A DNA stretch of 7,526 bases, from NCBI GenBank assembly GCA_041497675.1, contig JBGQGY010000149.1, positions 1-7,526 of the forward strand, in the 5' to 3' direction. This DNA comes from a bacterium. GTDB taxonomy: Bacteria; Sysuimicrobiota; Sysuimicrobiia; Sysuimicrobiales; Humicultoraceae. The translations under genes and the position numbers were made by a program. This document shows, one piece after another, positions 6,138 to 7,526 of this stretch. The notes under the pieces are model-generated. The model saw only the letters and a program-made list of their open reading frames with translations. It searched no databases and was not told the DNA's origin. Positions within the stretch are counted from its first letter, which is position 1. Each line of letters begins with the position of its first letter.

Positions 6138-7526
6138 ATGCCCCCGACAGACATCTGTTACATGCCCGCCACCGAGATGGCGGAGGCGATCCGGCGTAAG
6201 ACGCTCTCGCCCGTGGAAGTCGTCGATGCCGTCTTCAAGCGTATTCACGCTCTGAACCCTATCCTCAACGCGTACTGCACCCTCACCGAAGAACGCGCGC
6301 GCGCCGATGCCCGGGCTGCCGAGACCGCGGTCATGCGCGGCGACACGCTGGGGCCGCTGCACGGTGTGCCCGTGTCGATCAAGGACCTGGTCCTTACGAA
6401 GGGCGTGCGCACGATGCGCGGCTCGAAGATCTACGAGCATTTCGTGCCCGACGAAGATGCACCGGTCGTGGAGCGCCTGCGGCAGGCGGGTGCGATCATG
6501 CTCGGCAAGACGACGACGCCGGAGTTCGGGTTCAAAGGCATGACCGACTCCCCGGTGACGGGGATCAGCCGCAACCCGTGGAACCCCACGCGCACGCCCG
6601 GCGGGTCATCGGGTGGCGCCGGGGCGGCCGTGGCGACCGGTATGGGGCCGCTGGCCGTGGGGTCCGACGGCGGCGGGTCGATTCGCATCCCCTCGTCGTT
6701 TTGCGGCATCTTCGGTATGAAGGCGTCGTTTGGGCGCGTCCCCGCCTATCCGCCGAGCGCCGTCGCGTTACTCTCCCATACGGGGCCGATGACGCGCACG
6801 ATCCGCGACGCGGCGTTGATGCTGAACGCGATAGTCGGGCCGGATGATCGCGACATCCACTCGCTGCCGAGCGACGGCACGGACTATCTCGCCGCGTGCG
6901 ATGGTGATCTCCGGGGGCTGCGTATCGCGTGGAGCGCAACACTTGGCTATGCGCCGGTCGAACCCGAGGTCGCACGGGTTGCCGAGGCGGCCGCGCGAGT
7001 GTTCGCCAGTGATTTGGGATGCCGTCTCGATGCCGCCGACCCCGGCTTCGAGAATCCGGCCTCCATTTTCAACGTGCTGTGGGTGGGCGGGCTGGGCACA
7101 TACCTGCAGCCGTACCTCGCCGAGTGGAAGAGTCGCCTGGATCCTGATCTCGCAAAGATGATCGACGGCCTGCCGCGCCTAACGGCGGCGGACTATGCCG
7201 GCGCGTTGATGCAAAAATCACTTGTCTGGGACAAGGCGCGAACGTTCTTCGAGCGCTATGACTTGCTCCTCACGCCGACAATGCCAACCGTCGCCTGGGA
7301 GGCCGGTAAGCCGGCGCCGGCGCACATCGCGGGCCGGCCCATCGCCGACTTCGGGTACACGCCGTTCACTTTTCCCTTCAACCTGACGGGCCAGCCGGCC
7401 GCGACGGTGCCCTGCGGGTTTTCATCCGACGGCCTGCCGATCGGCCTCCAAATCGTCGGGCGGCGCCTGGACGACGCGACAGTGCTGCGCGCCTGTGCGG
7501 CCTTCGAGGCCGCCAGGCCGTGGACA
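6138..7526 (+). CDS. Amidase-signature family amidase (GatA-like fold), 3'-partial
   Basis: Manual translation from ATG 6138: MPPTDICYMPATEMAEAIRRKTLSPVEVV..GPLHGVPVSIKDL..GKTTTPEFG..NPWNPTRTPGGSSGG..GSDGGGSIRIPSSFCG..FNLTGQPAATVPCG..GLPIGLQIVG. No stop before the window end. It starts 12 bp after the upstream gene, so likely co-transcribed. Confidence 0.95.
   Translation, partial: MPPTDICYMPATEMAEAIRRKTLSPVEVVDAVFKRIHALNPILNAYCTLTEERARADARAAETAVMRGDTLGPLHGVPVSIKDLVLTKGVRTMRGSKIYEHFVPDEDAPVVERLRQAGAIMLGKTTTPEFGFKGMTDSPVTGISRNPWNPTRTPGGSSGGAGAAVATGMGPLAVGSDGGGSIRIPSSFCGIFGMKASFGRVPAYPPSAVALLSHTGPMTRTIRDAALMLNAIVGPDDRDIHSLPSDGTDYLAACDGDLRGLRIAWSATLGYAPVEPEVARVAEAAARVFASDLGCRLDAADPGFENPASIFNVLWVGGLGTYLQPYLAEWKSRLDPDLAKMIDGLPRLTAADYAGALMQKSLVWDKARTFFERYDLLLTPTMPTVAWEAGKPAPAHIAGRPIADFGYTPFTFPFNLTGQPAATVPCGFSSDGLPIGLQIVGRRLDDATVLRACAAFEAARPWT

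Noticed and set aside
49..7161. Many long alternative-frame and antisense ORFs (e.g. 49..804 +, 1620..2651 -, 3077..3805 +, 5661..6440 -)
   Set aside because: They overlap well-supported genes, have low-information R/P/A/G-rich composition and no family motifs. Such shadow ORFs are expected in GC-rich DNA.
1..7526. Genome-wide UGA reassignment (Trp or Gly; genetic codes 4 or 25)
   Set aside because: TGA ends complete genes here (4-6, 1771-1773, 2962-2964). The other genes have no internal TGA, and the two internal TGAs align with Cys positions.
6138..7526. Assigning gatA to the amidase
   Set aside because: No gatC lies upstream and only generic amidase-signature motifs are seen. The substrate cannot be determined from the sequence.

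Overview
GC-rich bacterial window with seven protein-coding genes: a membrane protein (-), an HSL-family alpha/beta hydrolase (+), a YVTN/beta-propeller lipoprotein (+), a CPA1 cation:proton antiporter-rhodanese fusion (-), an exported TlpA/ResA-like thioredoxin-fold protein (-), a YghX-like dienelactone hydrolase (+) and an amidase-signature amidase (+, runs off the window, absent from the ORF track). The main result is that the two adjacent minus-strand genes each have an in-frame TGA at a position that is Cys in their families. Read-through gives W-U-P-T-C in the thioredoxin fold (TGA 4913-4915) and Y-C-A-U in the rhodanese domain (TGA 3091-3093). Both frames continue to complete the domain. 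Both TGAs are followed by a hairpin carrying the same 9-mer CCCGUGUGG (+22 and +20 nt) in different reading frames. This points to a tandem pair of selenoprotein genes with bacterial SECIS elements, one encoding a selenocysteine-rhodanese-fused ion antiporter, an architecture I do not recognise as described. No selA/B/C/D genes are in the window, so Sec decoding is inferred.
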